Below the pieces are notes generated by a model. The model did no database searches. It was not told where the DNA came from and was given only the letters and a program-made list of their open reading frames with translations. The translations under genes were made by a program, and so were the position numbers. A stretch of DNA of 64,000 nt. Origin: Tubulanus polymorphus. Lineage: Eukaryota; Animalia; Nemertea. This document shows, one piece after another, positions 37,351 to 49,399 of the stretch. Position 1 is the stretch's first letter; each line of letters opens with the position of its first letter. The DNA lies in NCBI RefSeq assembly GCF_964204645.1, contig NC_134029.1, positions 16,610,950 to 16,674,949 of the forward strand. The letters are read 5' to 3'.

Positions 37351-38611
37351 CTGAAAAATGATTTGCATATCTAGGATAATAGTAAATCTACGTGGGATAA
37401 TAATAAAGACAGGCGTTGAATTAAGAAAAGATAGGGCATTCCTCAGATTGTTGGAAGAAATATATCTGGCACACACAATTTCAAGTTATAGACTAAATGT
37501 GGAATTCTAAATGTGTCTGTTAAGAAATAACAAAGCTGATTTTCATGACATCGACTTTCAGAGCTCTAATTCTTGCACGATGGAACATCATCGGCAGGGG
37601 TTTATTGGCTTTACTGCACAGCAGGAGTGAGTGAGAATTTTGGGCATTGAAACTTTAAGTACATTAAACCAAGCAACAAGCCAGCTCATCAGCAATCAAA
37701 TTACAAAATACATGTACACTTATAAACATTGCGGCAATTTCTATGTTAAGAAAGCTGGTTTATGTTTCTGATGGTTTATGATGCGTCTAGGCAAGCCACA
37801 AGCCAACAACAGAAAACAAAGTAGAACGCATCTTCGAGGTTCAAGGTGTACTGATTTTCAGGATTTAAAGGGAACTCTCAAAAGGTTCTCAATCCTCTTT
37901 TTGTAAATGTACGTCATCAGGTTGCAATGGTTTTATTGTTTGCTGTAAAATACAATTTGAATTGAATGATTTAATCAGTCTATTATGCACGTGAATCAAC
38001 CACAACTGCACTACTCATGAGTACATTGTATCATGATTATTGAATTTATTTTATCATGATCATTGTAACAAAAATTAGAAGACAATGACTACCAGGTACT
38101 ATTTTTTTTGTTTTCTACTCTGTATTTACCAAGTTGTTGTGAAATTAACCCGTCATATCATTCATGTACAACATTTCGTTTTTTTTCTAAATCATGCCCA
38201 TAATGCTGATTGCAGCGCATGATGTGATAACCGTATATTTTGTATAAGTTTGATGGTTAAAATTAAGAATTTTTTGCAAAAAAAATTAATAACTTTATTT
38301 CCAATATAGACATTTCTGAGTCTCTAATCATTCTCAAAATGTTCACCATCAAAACACTCGAAAGTCCATTCCAAGAGTTTCTATCATGTTACCTATGCAG
38401 GCAGAATGAGATATTATGGAGACCACTTCAGGTTTTCCATGAATGTAGGGAATGATTAAGAAGCTTGACAGATGTCGTATTAACGTAACACATAAAAATT
38501 TGACTCATCCTCATGGATATTATATCTTTTCAATAGTATTTTTGCTATATTTTCTGGTTTTGGCTTGCCCATTCTTAACTTTTGGGCCCAGCCTAGAAAT
38601 TTTCTTAGATC

Positions 38612-38947
38612 TAGTCATACCTCAATTTAACACCCCCGATTCCCCGACCAACCTCGCCAACCACCTACATTTCATCGGAAACTGAACATTCGTATCTAAA
38701 ATGTAAGGAAAACCCCCGATTTACAGCACCTCACATACCGCCACTGCCAACGTAATCTCCTAGTACAATCATATACAAATGTATTACAATATTTCCCTAT
38801 TTTACGTCATCATAAAAGTTGAGTAACGTGATCTTTAATAATACTATTCCGTCTCGACCTAGGGTTAGGGTTAAAAGGGTCAAAACCACACTATTTACTG
38901 CCAAAATCAGGAATCCCCAAGGGTGGCATTAAATCGAGGTATGACTG
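38612..38947. mobile_element. Tc1/pogo-like MITE
   Basis: AGTCATACCTC.ATTTAA / TTAAATCGAGGTATGACTG|TA; contains TAGGGTTAGGG. Confidence 0.65.
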
Positions 38948-39028
38948 TATTCGAGTTCCTTATCAATCAAATAAGCCCAGGTATTGTAGTATATTCATTT
39001 TTCTTGTCGATTAGGGTTTTTAACATAC

Positions 39029-39201
39029 CTTTGACAGAGAAATCAAATCTCTTTCACGTAGTGGTAATCCTTGTAATTCGATACAAATCAAATTCGATGT
39101 TACGTTCAAACATTCACGTAAAGATTTACACACATGATATGTTATTTCTTTTGACCGAATTGCTGGAATTTTACGTCGATAAATCGCGCTCCTTTTTTCA
39201 T
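39029..39201 (-). CDS. CEP78: CEP78 exon 3 (not in the ORF track)
   Basis: DEKRSAIYRRKIPAIRSKEITYHVCKSLRECL...ELQGLPLRERDLISLSK; AG/GT in phase. Confidence 0.92.
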
Positions 39202-39334
39202 CTGAAATTAGAAAAGAGACCTATGTTTTGCTGTGTGTTGCCATACATTCTTGTTCATTGGATCATACATTTTGGAATTAAGGATTATACTATTTATGAA
39301 TTGGTTTTTTGATAAAGACTTGATGAAAATCTAC

Positions 39335-39441
39335 CTAAATCTTCCTGTTGAAGTGACTGCTGGAAATAACTTCGAATTCCAATAAATTCGAGAGTCTTAT
39401 TGATTCTCACTGTGTTTAATATCGGTGCCCAGTCAGTGGCC
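39335..39441 (-). CDS. CEP78: CEP78 exon 2 (not in the ORF track)
   Basis: ATDWAPILNTVRINKTLEFIGIRSYFQQSLQQEDL; AG/GT in phase. Confidence 0.9.
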
Positions 39442-40070
39442 CTGTCAAATAAACATTGTTATTATGAATTAAATGCAGCAAAAGTTATAACAGATACTAG
39501 TAATACAAGATAAACAAGGAACATATGCGTTCAGGAGGTTCTGTTTTAGTGAAGAACACAGTGCTAACCGTAACGTTGCCAGTCATCTGGGGCCGACTGT
39601 ATTATCAATCCGGACAGATCCCTAAATCAATTTCCCACATGAGTTATACAGTTCAAATTCACCATGCACTATACCATAGTAGGCCTATGTCCTTGGATTC
39701 ACACCTATTGGAAATCAGGTTTCTCGCTGTCCCAAAATGGCTGTCAAGGTGGACATCTTGAATTTCCATTTAGCGTTCTACAAACTTCAAATGATGTTTA
39801 TAATGTTTGCTTTCTTACAATGAAGATAAATAAGATAGGTCACTGCCTACACCTATTGAAATTCAAGTTACCCACACTTTCAAAATGGCTGTCATTACTT
39901 TAAACATTCCGGGATAACATAAGTGTGAAGATTAATGAGGTGGCAATGGTGCCAAATTTGCTAGAACTCCGAGAAACTGGTCTTGCCTTTTTCCCCATGC
40001 AAATGGCCAATTAAGATCTGCATAGTGAAATAAAAGCCCACTCTCCTAATGACAGAAAAAACAAACATAC

Positions 40071-40228
40071 CTTACTCGATCTCCATTCAAATCGAGCACA
40101 TTTTCATTTAGGTGAGTCTTCACTGCTGGTAATGGACAGGAATCTTGTAATGCACATAGATTTTCATAATGTGATAAATAATCATAAGCGCCTCTTTGCC
40201 GAACTTGAACGGTTTCTATTAAAGTCAT
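40071..40228 (-). CDS. CEP78: Centrosomal protein of 78 kDa, first coding exon
   Basis: MTLIETVQVRQRGAYDYLSHYENLCALQDSCPLPAVK..LDLNGDRVR. An acceptor 5 nt before the ATG implies an upstream non-coding exon. Confidence 0.92.
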
Positions 40229-41484
40229 CTTCACTGAAACATAAAACAATAATCACGGATGAAAACTGGCACATCAAAAAACGCAGAAACTCAACAAATC
40301 TGTCATCCATAGCTTCGCTGGAGAGTATGGCTAAGGGGGAATGGTACTCAATGTACCTATATCATGCCTACTTGGGAAATGCCACTGAAATTTTCAAAAT
40401 AAACCCTCATTGACATAAACAGGAACTAGAAAGAAATTCAAAATCATGAGCCTGCTGACTTCCTGTCCTGGTCTAATTTGATGGGGCCAAATATCATCAC
40501 ATATCTCTTTTATGCCAAAAAAAGGACCGATTTTATGTCGATTCATTTACAAACTATATTCAGGTAAAACACCTGAGTGTAAAATACACCCTGAGAGTAT
40601 GTCGTTTATGAAGGTAGTCAGACATGCCAGATAAAAAAAATCTACATCAGTGACATATTCAAATTTTGTCAGGGACAAAAATATCCAGCCACATTTTCAG
40701 GGACATTTAAAAGAATCTAGGGAAAAAACCTACTATATTTTACACTGAAACATTGTTACGACCATCCGAGATATTAGAATATATCTTTTTTTACACAACT
40801 CGAATTCTGTTTCATAATTAGCTGCTTTGCTTTGATTGACATGATGCCAGATTCCCCAGCTACTCTACAACCAATTATACCAAAAAAGCTGTGTCTTTAT
40901 AAGCTGAAAGTTACTTATGTTGGGCCATGAAAATTTTTCATTTTGTAATTTGTATCAAGAGCCCCAAGGGGCACTATGGCCAGCCTGTCAGCTTGGTCAT
41001 AAAATGGCAAATGATGCATTGTGGGTTAAATGTGTCCAAATACACTCCCAGCTCGATAGACTAGTCAATAATTTACACAGTTCAATAGTGCTTTCATAAG
41101 TAGCACAGACAGTGACTGGAGCTGGCAGGAACAAATACCTCAGATGAATCTTTTCCCTTGGTCTTAGTGATTTGAATGTGGAATAGAATTGAATTTTCTG
41201 AAATTGGCTCAATAAAACAAAATTGAATTGGATTTGCTGTTTTACTTTGTTCAATGCAGTAAAACGGAATTGGATTTGATATTTTTTGCAGAATAAAATT
41301 TGATTGAATTTGCAGTTTGAGCACATGGTTAATTAGCATATCAAGGTCATCCATCCGATTCGAGAAAAAGCTATTTTTCCCGGACTTTGCACAAATGTCA
41401 ATGATATTTTCTCCCCCCAAAAACCAAATCAACTAAAGATTTCACAGAAATCGATATGCAAATACAATTAATTAGATCTTAAAA

Positions 41485-41600
41485 TAAAACCCGGAAGTAA
41501 AACGGTAGACGATCCCACGGGTTCACGTGAACATCTGCTGATCTCTGCGGTTAAGCCAATCATAAAGGAGTCTTTGCTTTCTGATTGGCTTTTTAAAACA
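41485..41600 (-). promoter_or_regulatory. Candidate CEP78 promoter
   Basis: CCGGAAGT (ETS), CACGTG and two opposed CCAAT boxes (AGCCAATC / GATTGGCT) about 1.3 kb upstream of the ATG. Confidence 0.35.
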
Positions 41601-43974
41601 GATATTTTTGCAATCAGATATTCGCGAAAAAGTTCAGATAAATTTTAACTAGGCCCTCTTTCAAAATTCAGCTTCATAGGGGATGGAGAATGGATGATGC
41701 TCTAATAAATGATTTTGATCTGAATATATGCTCAGTTGCACAGTCAAAGAGCCTTAGCTCAGGAAACCATGCCATTTAAATTCGCTCCATTTGTATAGTA
41801 ATAGGCTCAGCCTACGGCTGGCCTAATAAATAAGTTGTTGATACTATTCTACAGGCTTCTCGCTTTATCTATGTCTGTAGAATGTTGCACAGAGAATGAC
41901 GAACACCAGGCGGAAATAGCTGATCAGCAATTAGCGCGCGGCAAGTTTGATTGACAGCGCTACAGATTGCGTCTATGGGATCTGCATAGCGCGCAAATGC
42001 ATTTTGTTTCATTTTGTTGAATGAATGGCAGCTTATTGGAACACTGCAAGTTTCCTGGAAAACTGAAACTAGGCCACACTTGATTTCCAACATACAGTCT
42101 GAACACGAGTCTCTCGCGTGGGGTGGGGCCTCGCTGTGGAAACTCAGTTGGATCGGTTATAGTAGCTCAAGCGAGCAAGTGCCAGGACTATTTGAAATTA
42201 AACGCGACAATGCAGAATTAAACGTGAATGAGGCAATTCTCTCCGGGATTTTTATGGGCTCTTAATAAAATGTAAACTCTCGCCAGGATTTTAGGACTAA
42301 AATATAGCTGCAAAGCAGCGATAACGGGTTTTCTGAGCAGGCGTGCTATTCAGTATTTGAAAAGTGGATAATACAAATATATCAATACGGGATATGCATT
42401 TGATGTGTCAAGTCACACCAATGCGGTTTAACATAACATAATTCATAGTTATAGTCACATTGGGGGTTACTCAGGTCGTTTAGTTGTCTGTGGAGTCGAG
42501 TAGATTGGTTACCCTTCTGTAACATTGGTTACGGAGACTCGTCAGCTTGATGAGTTGTATGTATTATGATTGTGCACCACCTGCATTTTCCGAAATAATG
42601 TTCATATAATTATTTGAAGGGACGATTGAAATCAATTATCAACGTACATCTGAATATGTAATAGTCCTTAGTAACTTTCTGTTGCAGAGGGCATAGAAAA
42701 GATTTTGAAATTATTTAATTAAAATATAAATTTTATTTACGAAAAATAAACTATTATGGTCAGTACAAATTGAAAATTCATAGTGTATTTTAAAGAACAA
42801 GCTTACATAGCTTACAGAATACATCACGTACATTTGAATTTTATAAGTGATGGGTAAAAATCAACATGTTGCAGAAAGAAATGTAGTTAATTATTTAACA
42901 ATATCGAAATATGTGCTCTCTTTTTAAACTAATGGAGTGATACGCAATTAATCACATGGCCTGTATTAAAAGAAAGAACATACAAGTTGGATATTTATAA
43001 GTCGAAACATGTGAACAGAAACTAAAACTTTGATGTCAGTGACCAGTATGGAATTACACAACGACAATTGGCTTTAAACTCAACAAACATTATTAAAGAA
43101 TGTTTCAAACAAAATGCTTTATATAACGACATGAATAAACTTGTTTTACAAAACAAGAAAGTACATTTTGAACTTTTGAATGGTCGAATCCCATTTATTC
43201 ACAGTAACCTGTGATGTGGCGATTCTCGGAGCCATCCTTCTTGATGACGTCACTAACAAGTGGTCACGGCCGTACGCGTGCACTCATTTCTTTGAAAATC
43301 TAGCTTCCTCGCGGAGCAGGACCTGGTGACGCTGCGCCCCGCCCCCTTCGCGCTGAGAAATATCTTATTCCCAGTCAGCAGAGACAGGTTCTAAAGATCA
43401 TAGAGTGCATCGCTGGAGGGTTTCCGATCCATATAATTGAATTTGAATTGGTGCGGTGGCGCTCTCAATGCGGAAGTTTTTGTCACTAAATGACGTCACA
43501 AACTGTTATTTCGCCGGTGCTTGTTGTCTAACAATTCAATTCAATTCTTTATTTACAGTAACCTAATAAGTAATTTTAAGTTTCAAATAGGATGGAAAGT
43601 ACATTCAGACAATCTGTTGGTTCAGAGAGACCGTTATTACAGTATCAATTTATACATTTCGTTTCGAAGCTGTCAGTTGCCGAATCTGAATGAAGATTTA
43701 TTTTATTTGATTTTATTTGACGAAATCGGCGGAAAATATATAATAATAATAATCAACAGAATTTCAAGAGGGTTTTCGACGAAAGTCAGAAAACCCTAAT
43801 AAAATTTCTGTGACAAATTGGGGCTCTCCGGTACAGCGAATAAAATTTCAAAAACCGGGACTGTCCCAGCGAAACCGCATGTCTGGGCAGGTATTGAAAA
43901 TAAAAATGGCTTTCTTTGACCTTGACCTTTGACATACAAAACCCAAATCTGCTCCTTGGGCATCTTTTTTTTTA

Positions 43975-44230
43975 AATATTCATTGCTAGTCATTTGGCTG
44001 AAGACTTTAAACTACATGGTTGCATAGACACGTTTTCAGGTTTTCCTTTAGAAGGCTACCTTGGTCATTTAAAAGGTCTGGTAGGAAATGCTCCACATCC
44101 ACTCCAACAAGTGATCAAATGTCTTAGTGAAAAGGCTTCGAAAATCTATCCCTCAAGAGCCATTTTTCCCAGTTCTCTAAAAACCACATAGTGATGGACC
44201 AGTGCCTGGGTTTTAATGGGTGTTCAACAG
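43975..44230 (+). mobile_element. CMC (EnSpm/CACTA/Mirage-like) transposase fragment
   Basis: HLAEDFKLHGCIDTFSGFPLEGYLGHLKGLV...PLQQV matches the recalled HL.DD...G.LD..S.F.FE..LG.LK motif. Confidence 0.65.
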
Positions 44231-44983
44231 TACAAGAAAGTTGCATTTCATTCCGAAAATGGTACTGGTAGCTTCTATGGATTTCAGGGTGATTTTTTGA
44301 AATATTTTGAAAATCTTGCTTTTGGGCTGTATTGATAGCTTAAAATGTTGTCTTTAAAATAATATAACTTTTATTACACTTTGAAAGCGTTTTATACATT
44401 AATAAGTGATTTAAAAAAAAATTCTACAACTTTGGAAACCCGGAAGTGCAACATTTTTCATCTAAAACATCATTATTTTGGCAAAATTTTGAATTCTATC
44501 AAGTATAAACCTAAAGACCATAATGTGCTGCCATCTATGTCCCTCTTTAACCGATGTTTGGAGGTTGTGTGGAGCCGCCGTCTCCTATACTCAGCTATCC
44601 CATATTTGGTGATCAGAATTTTTTTTACAAAATCTTCTAAAAATCGGTGTTCATCAGTCAATCCAGAGACTAATTTCGAAAAAACAACCACTGAAGTAAA
44701 AGAAAATATTTGTTTTCTAACATAATTCACAAGAAAAAAAGGGTAAGAAGACGTATTATGTTCGTAAGAGACGCTTTAGAGGAAACCAATATAAGCAATC
44801 CGAACCCGGAAGTGAAAGAGAATCTCCAACATCCAGTGTCATTAGTGCTTCAAAACGTAAACTTGATACATCTGTTGACACTTTACAGGCCGCCATTGAG
44901 AGTAAGAATGAAGACCACCCACTTGAAGGCTTTGCTATTATTGATTTGGTGATTTTACGAGAGATTTTTACCAAGTACTGTAA

Positions 44984-46323
44984 GTGGCGGATTGTGGAGC
45001 GCCACTTGATGTTGTTCATGAACCAAGCCATCGATTTGGTTTTGCGCTTTCTCTCAAAATGAAATGCCACACCTGTGACTATGAAGAGAATCAGTATTCC
45101 TCCAGAAGATTTTCTGACCCAGCTATTGTAAACAAGAACAAGAGTAGCCCATTCATAATAAACCGTTTAGCGACAATGGCATTTCGTTCACAGGGACTCG
45201 GCGCTGAAGCTATGGAGAAAATGTAGTGCATCATGAATTTTCCAGGTTCACTTTCGACGAATAGCTATAACTCGCACGTCTCTATGCTAGTTGAACATTT
45301 CAGCAATGAGTGCATACAATCTATGCAAAATGCTGTCGGAGATATCAAAAATAATTCTGATACTCTTGTCGAAACCGATATCTCATTTGATGGTACCTGG
45401 CATCGGCGGGGCCATACATCCATGCATGGTGTATTCACAGCCATTGCACAGGACGTTGATAGATGCATTGATTATGTAGTGAAAAGCAAAATACTGTAAG
45501 AAGTGTGAGGTATGGAAAAAACGGCAAGATACACCAGAGTATATAGACTTCGAGCGAGAACACAAGCCTCGTTGTCCAATCAACCATGGTGGTTCGGCCT
45601 GTGCGATGGAACCAAAGGCGGCTATAGAAATGTTTGCCAGGTCTGTAGAGACACGTGGCTTGGTCTACAAAGCCTTCATTGGGGATGGAGACAGCAGCAC
45701 TTACCAAAATGTGATAGATTCAAAGCCATACCCAAACGTTGTGCCAGAAAAAAAAGAATGTGTCGGCCATGTGCAGAAGCGTGTGGGTGGTCGGCTTCGA
45801 AAATTGAAAGCGTCCTATAAGAAACAGAAACTATCTGATGGAAAGTGCATTGGTGGAAAGAACAGACTCACTAATAATGTGATTGATACACTGCAAAATT
45901 ATTATGGCATGGCTATCCGCAGCAACAAACAGAATTTGGTGCAAATGCAGCGCGACGCCATGGCAACACTATATCATGTTGCCTCTACCGCAGAGAATCC
46001 GCAGCATCACATGTGTCCTGATTGAGATAAATCTTGGTGCAAATACAATAGAACAGACAATAATGGCTACAAGCACAAACATGGCCTGTCTGAGTGTATT
46101 GTAGAATTATAAGAACCAATATACGATGAACCGTGTTCGGAAACATTGCTCACGCGGTGCGTTGACGGCTGAACTCAGAACATGAACGAAAATCAACAAC
46201 GCATCAGACATTCAATCCGAAAATCGACAGAAACGTAGAAAGAGACTTAGGTCCATCAGAAAAGGACTTGTTGATGATTATGAACAAAAGGAAGGAACAA
46301 TTTATGAAGCTGGTGGCTTTTAA
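44984..46323 (+). pseudogene. Transposase pseudogene (stops at 45224 and 46023 onward, frameshift near 45490, internal deletion near 46190)
   Basis: ORF pieces 44984-45226, 45233-45499 and 45606-46025 are collinear parts of one transposase. Confidence 0.85.
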
Positions 46324-46720
46324 AAGCCTATATAAGTGTGTTTCACTGGGCACAAGAACTTTAAATTCGATTTCCTGAAAATGCCATTTTGTATGGTTTT
46401 CCTTATGTTTTTTAAGGATTAAAAAAAAAGTATCAGATGTATTTACTTGAAATTTGGCCTGTTTATTCCTTATGCCCCTTGTCATGTTCCCTACCACTTT
46501 CAGTGTTCTAATCATATTCTAAGATAAGTTTTTACCGCTTTTACAAAAAAAATTAATTTTGAGGATTTGATAATTTATAAAGAATAATTTGAACGGAAAC
46601 GGTTGCCATGGTAACCAGAAAATGTAAAATTCGTAGTTCGGATATGTTTTCCTCTTTCTGGACTTGGTATGATGATTCTATATGGTTATTTACCTATTTA
46701 GATGATTAAATAAGAAATTA

Positions 46721-47328
46721 CCGTATTTTCCGGCCAATAAGCCGATTTTCTAGCCTCAGATTTTTACCCAAAATATCGTGATCGGCTTATTGGGCGGATA
46801 CGATCTGACATAAAAAATCACTTCCTGATCTATGCCACTCTAATGCTCTCAATGATCGTCAAAATCAAGAAAAGTGGTCGATATTTATTTGAGGTCATTA
46901 TTTACTACCAATTATAATCTATTTTGAACTATTTTATTTTTACTTTGATTGTTCCATCACCGCACAGCGGCAATGGTATACATTTATATAACGCGCAAGT
47001 TCATCGTACTACCACGTGTCAGTTCATACATTAGTATATATGCAAATCAGCAGTGAGCCGCGTACTGCGTGTATGGCTGTATGTATAGTAATCAGCTGAG
47101 TGAGTCTATATATAGCAGAGTCACTCGGCGATGGTAATATACACAGCACTCTCACACATCGGCGGGCGCTACTGTCAGCCTCTTAAATCGTCAATTAAGA
47201 CGAACTAATTGACAAATCAGTGAATTAAAATCTCTGATGAAGGGCCTCGGCTTATTGGGCGAAGCTTTATGAAATCCATGTATTTTAGGCTAAAAAACTG
47301 CCCTCGGCTTATTGGCCGGAAAATACGG
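46721..47328. mobile_element. Tc2/pogo-like MITE, full length, nested next to the Kolobok right TIR
   Basis: TA|CCGTATTTTCCGGCCAATAAGCCGA ... TCGGCTTATTGGCCGGAAAATACGG|TA. Confidence 0.9.
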
Positions 47329-47989
47329 TAGTTAAAATCCATAGGAGCTACCTTAACTTTGGACATATCCAGATGACTGTATTGTGTCAGACAGAATTTT
47401 TTGACACCTTATAAAACGTGACCATAATGAACATAAAAATGTTACCCATTCAGCGTCATTTTACAAACGGCAACCGTAAATTGATGTGCAAAAGGTCACA
47501 GGTCTATGTGTACACAAAAAAGCTATTTGGCAAAATATTATTGACAAAGATGTAGAATGGCTTTCTGTGATTATATAATGACCTCTATTTGAACGTCGAA
47601 ATATTACATTGCATTGAATATCATTAGAAGACGTATTGTAATAGCAAAGGATGCATGAAAAACTCCCTGATCATTATTGACGATATTTTTTGCTTCATTT
47701 TGAAAACCCATGTTCCCAAGCGGTCCTTAATTTATACCAATCACCATGATACTCCTTGGCGTACTTTTTGACTGGAAGACTTTCGGGGCAGACATCAATG
47801 TGACATATCCTCCTCTTTATCGATGAAATAACCATATAATATATATTGGAAAATACAATGGTAATGCTAACGTTGCATTAAAAATGTGTTATTAACAACC
47901 TAAATCGAACTTCGAATCGCGGGATTCGAACACCATCCACCAAAATTAATCGATCGATGTAACAACGTTGCGGCCATTTTGGTTCATTC

Positions 47990-48800
47990 GAAAAGAAATT
48001 CTTAATCTTAGTGGTTACGAATGAGCATTGAAGGTCTATTTCGAAATTCGATTCAAACAGTTTCTTTAATTTTTTAAGAAACTGTTTAAATCGAATTTCG
48101 AAATAGACCTTCAATGCTCATTCATAACCACTAAGATTAAGAATTTCTTTTCACTTAAGTGTCCGACCCCTAAATCCTTGAAAGATATGGTTGTCTACAA
48201 ATACACTTGTTTATGTGATATAAACACTGCCTATATAGGTAAAACAAAAAGACACCTAGTAACAAGAGTTAAGGAGCACAAACTTAAGACTTCAGCAATT
48301 GGCCAACATCTATCAAACTGCCGTGACTCTCAGGTCTCGTTTAGCGAAAAGAATTTCAAAATTTTAGATAAAGGTTCCTCCGATTAAGATTGTAAAATTA
48401 GAGAAGCACTTTTTATCAAAACTCAACAGCCCTCCCTTAATCAACAACTATTCGAACACGGTTCAGGATTCATTCTCAATGTTTTTAGATAATTAACCAC
48501 TCGTCAAATATCTTCACTCAGTAATTTAGATTGTGTGTAATTAGTTATCTTTATATTATGATTATCTTGTCACTCAGTAATTTGAAATTGTTTGTAATTA
48601 GCTTCGTCTTATTCTATATAAATACCAGTATGATATGTAAATTCAATCACTTGCGCTATGCCTGAAGAGGGGATAATGTAACTCCCGAAAACATTCGCTA
48701 TAATAAATATATGTTACTCATTAGAAATGAGATTTGTACTGTTTTTGCTGCTATGGATTTTTAATTATCTAGACTCTCTACCCAAGATATATTGATAAGA
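47990..48800 (+). mobile_element. Penelope-like retroelement 3' fragment: inverted 5' end, GIY-YIG endonuclease, pseudo-LTR
   Basis: VVYKYTCLCD..AYIGKTKRHLVTRVKEH..SAIGQH..FKIL..*..IREALFIK...PSLN. 5' inverted duplication at 47990-48152. Confidence 0.88.
48655..48703 (+). ncRNA. Candidate minimal type I hammerhead ribozyme
   Basis: GC-CTGAAGA-G-GGGA(loop)TCCC-GAAA-ACAT-TC-GC located in the Penelope pseudo-LTR. Confidence 0.55.
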
Positions 48801-48944
48801 TTTGTACATTATTCAAAGCTCTTTTACCGCACCAGTTTATTGCCAAATCACAAGCAAAGTACCTCAGTGATCTGAAAGAAAATATGGTCCAAAATGAAGT
48901 GATACTCCTTTGTGGTCAAACAAACTGATCCTGGCCTGTCTAGA

Positions 48945-49330
48945 AATATACATTTCAGCGACGGTGCTGCCAGCCGATACAAGAACTATAAAAACCTCAT
49001 AAATTTGTGTTGTCACGAGAAGGACTTTAACATACCAGCAGAATGGAAATTTCTTTGCTAAAAGCCATGGTAAAAGCCCATGTGATGGCATAGCCAGTAC
49101 ACTGTTAAACGATTGGTCGTGCGGGGAAGTTTGCAGGCAACAATAACTGGGCAAATTGTTATGATGCAAGAAATGTATGAATGGAATGACAAAAATATTA
49201 CTGGCATCAAATTTATCTATGTAACTACAGATGAAGTTTCAGAAAATAATGAGGGATACAGCCTGGTTGAAAGACATTCTTTACAATATATTAGTGAAAA
49301 AGCACTAGGAACAGGATCTCATCACAGCTT
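48945..49330 (+). mobile_element. DDD transposase fragment (Sola2-like)
   Basis: HFSDGAASRYKNYKNL...AEW.FFAKSHGKSPCDGI...VKR with frameshifts. Superfamily assignment from recalled motif. Confidence 0.65.
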
Positions 49331-49399
49331 TTTCCTCTGTCAGACTGTGAGCTAGAGATCGATAAAGCCACACACTTTAATGGTGGAATCACTGTATGC

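Larger units (their letters stand above)
44267..47352 (+). mobile_element. Kolobok-like DDE DNA transposon with decayed transposase
   Basis: TIR GGTAGCT.CTATGGATTT / AAATCCATAGGAGCTACC|TTAA (left TTAA lost). Motifs FDGTWHRRGHTS, GDGDSS, ECVGHVQKR, TQNMNE and C-terminal YEAGGF. Confidence 0.75.
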
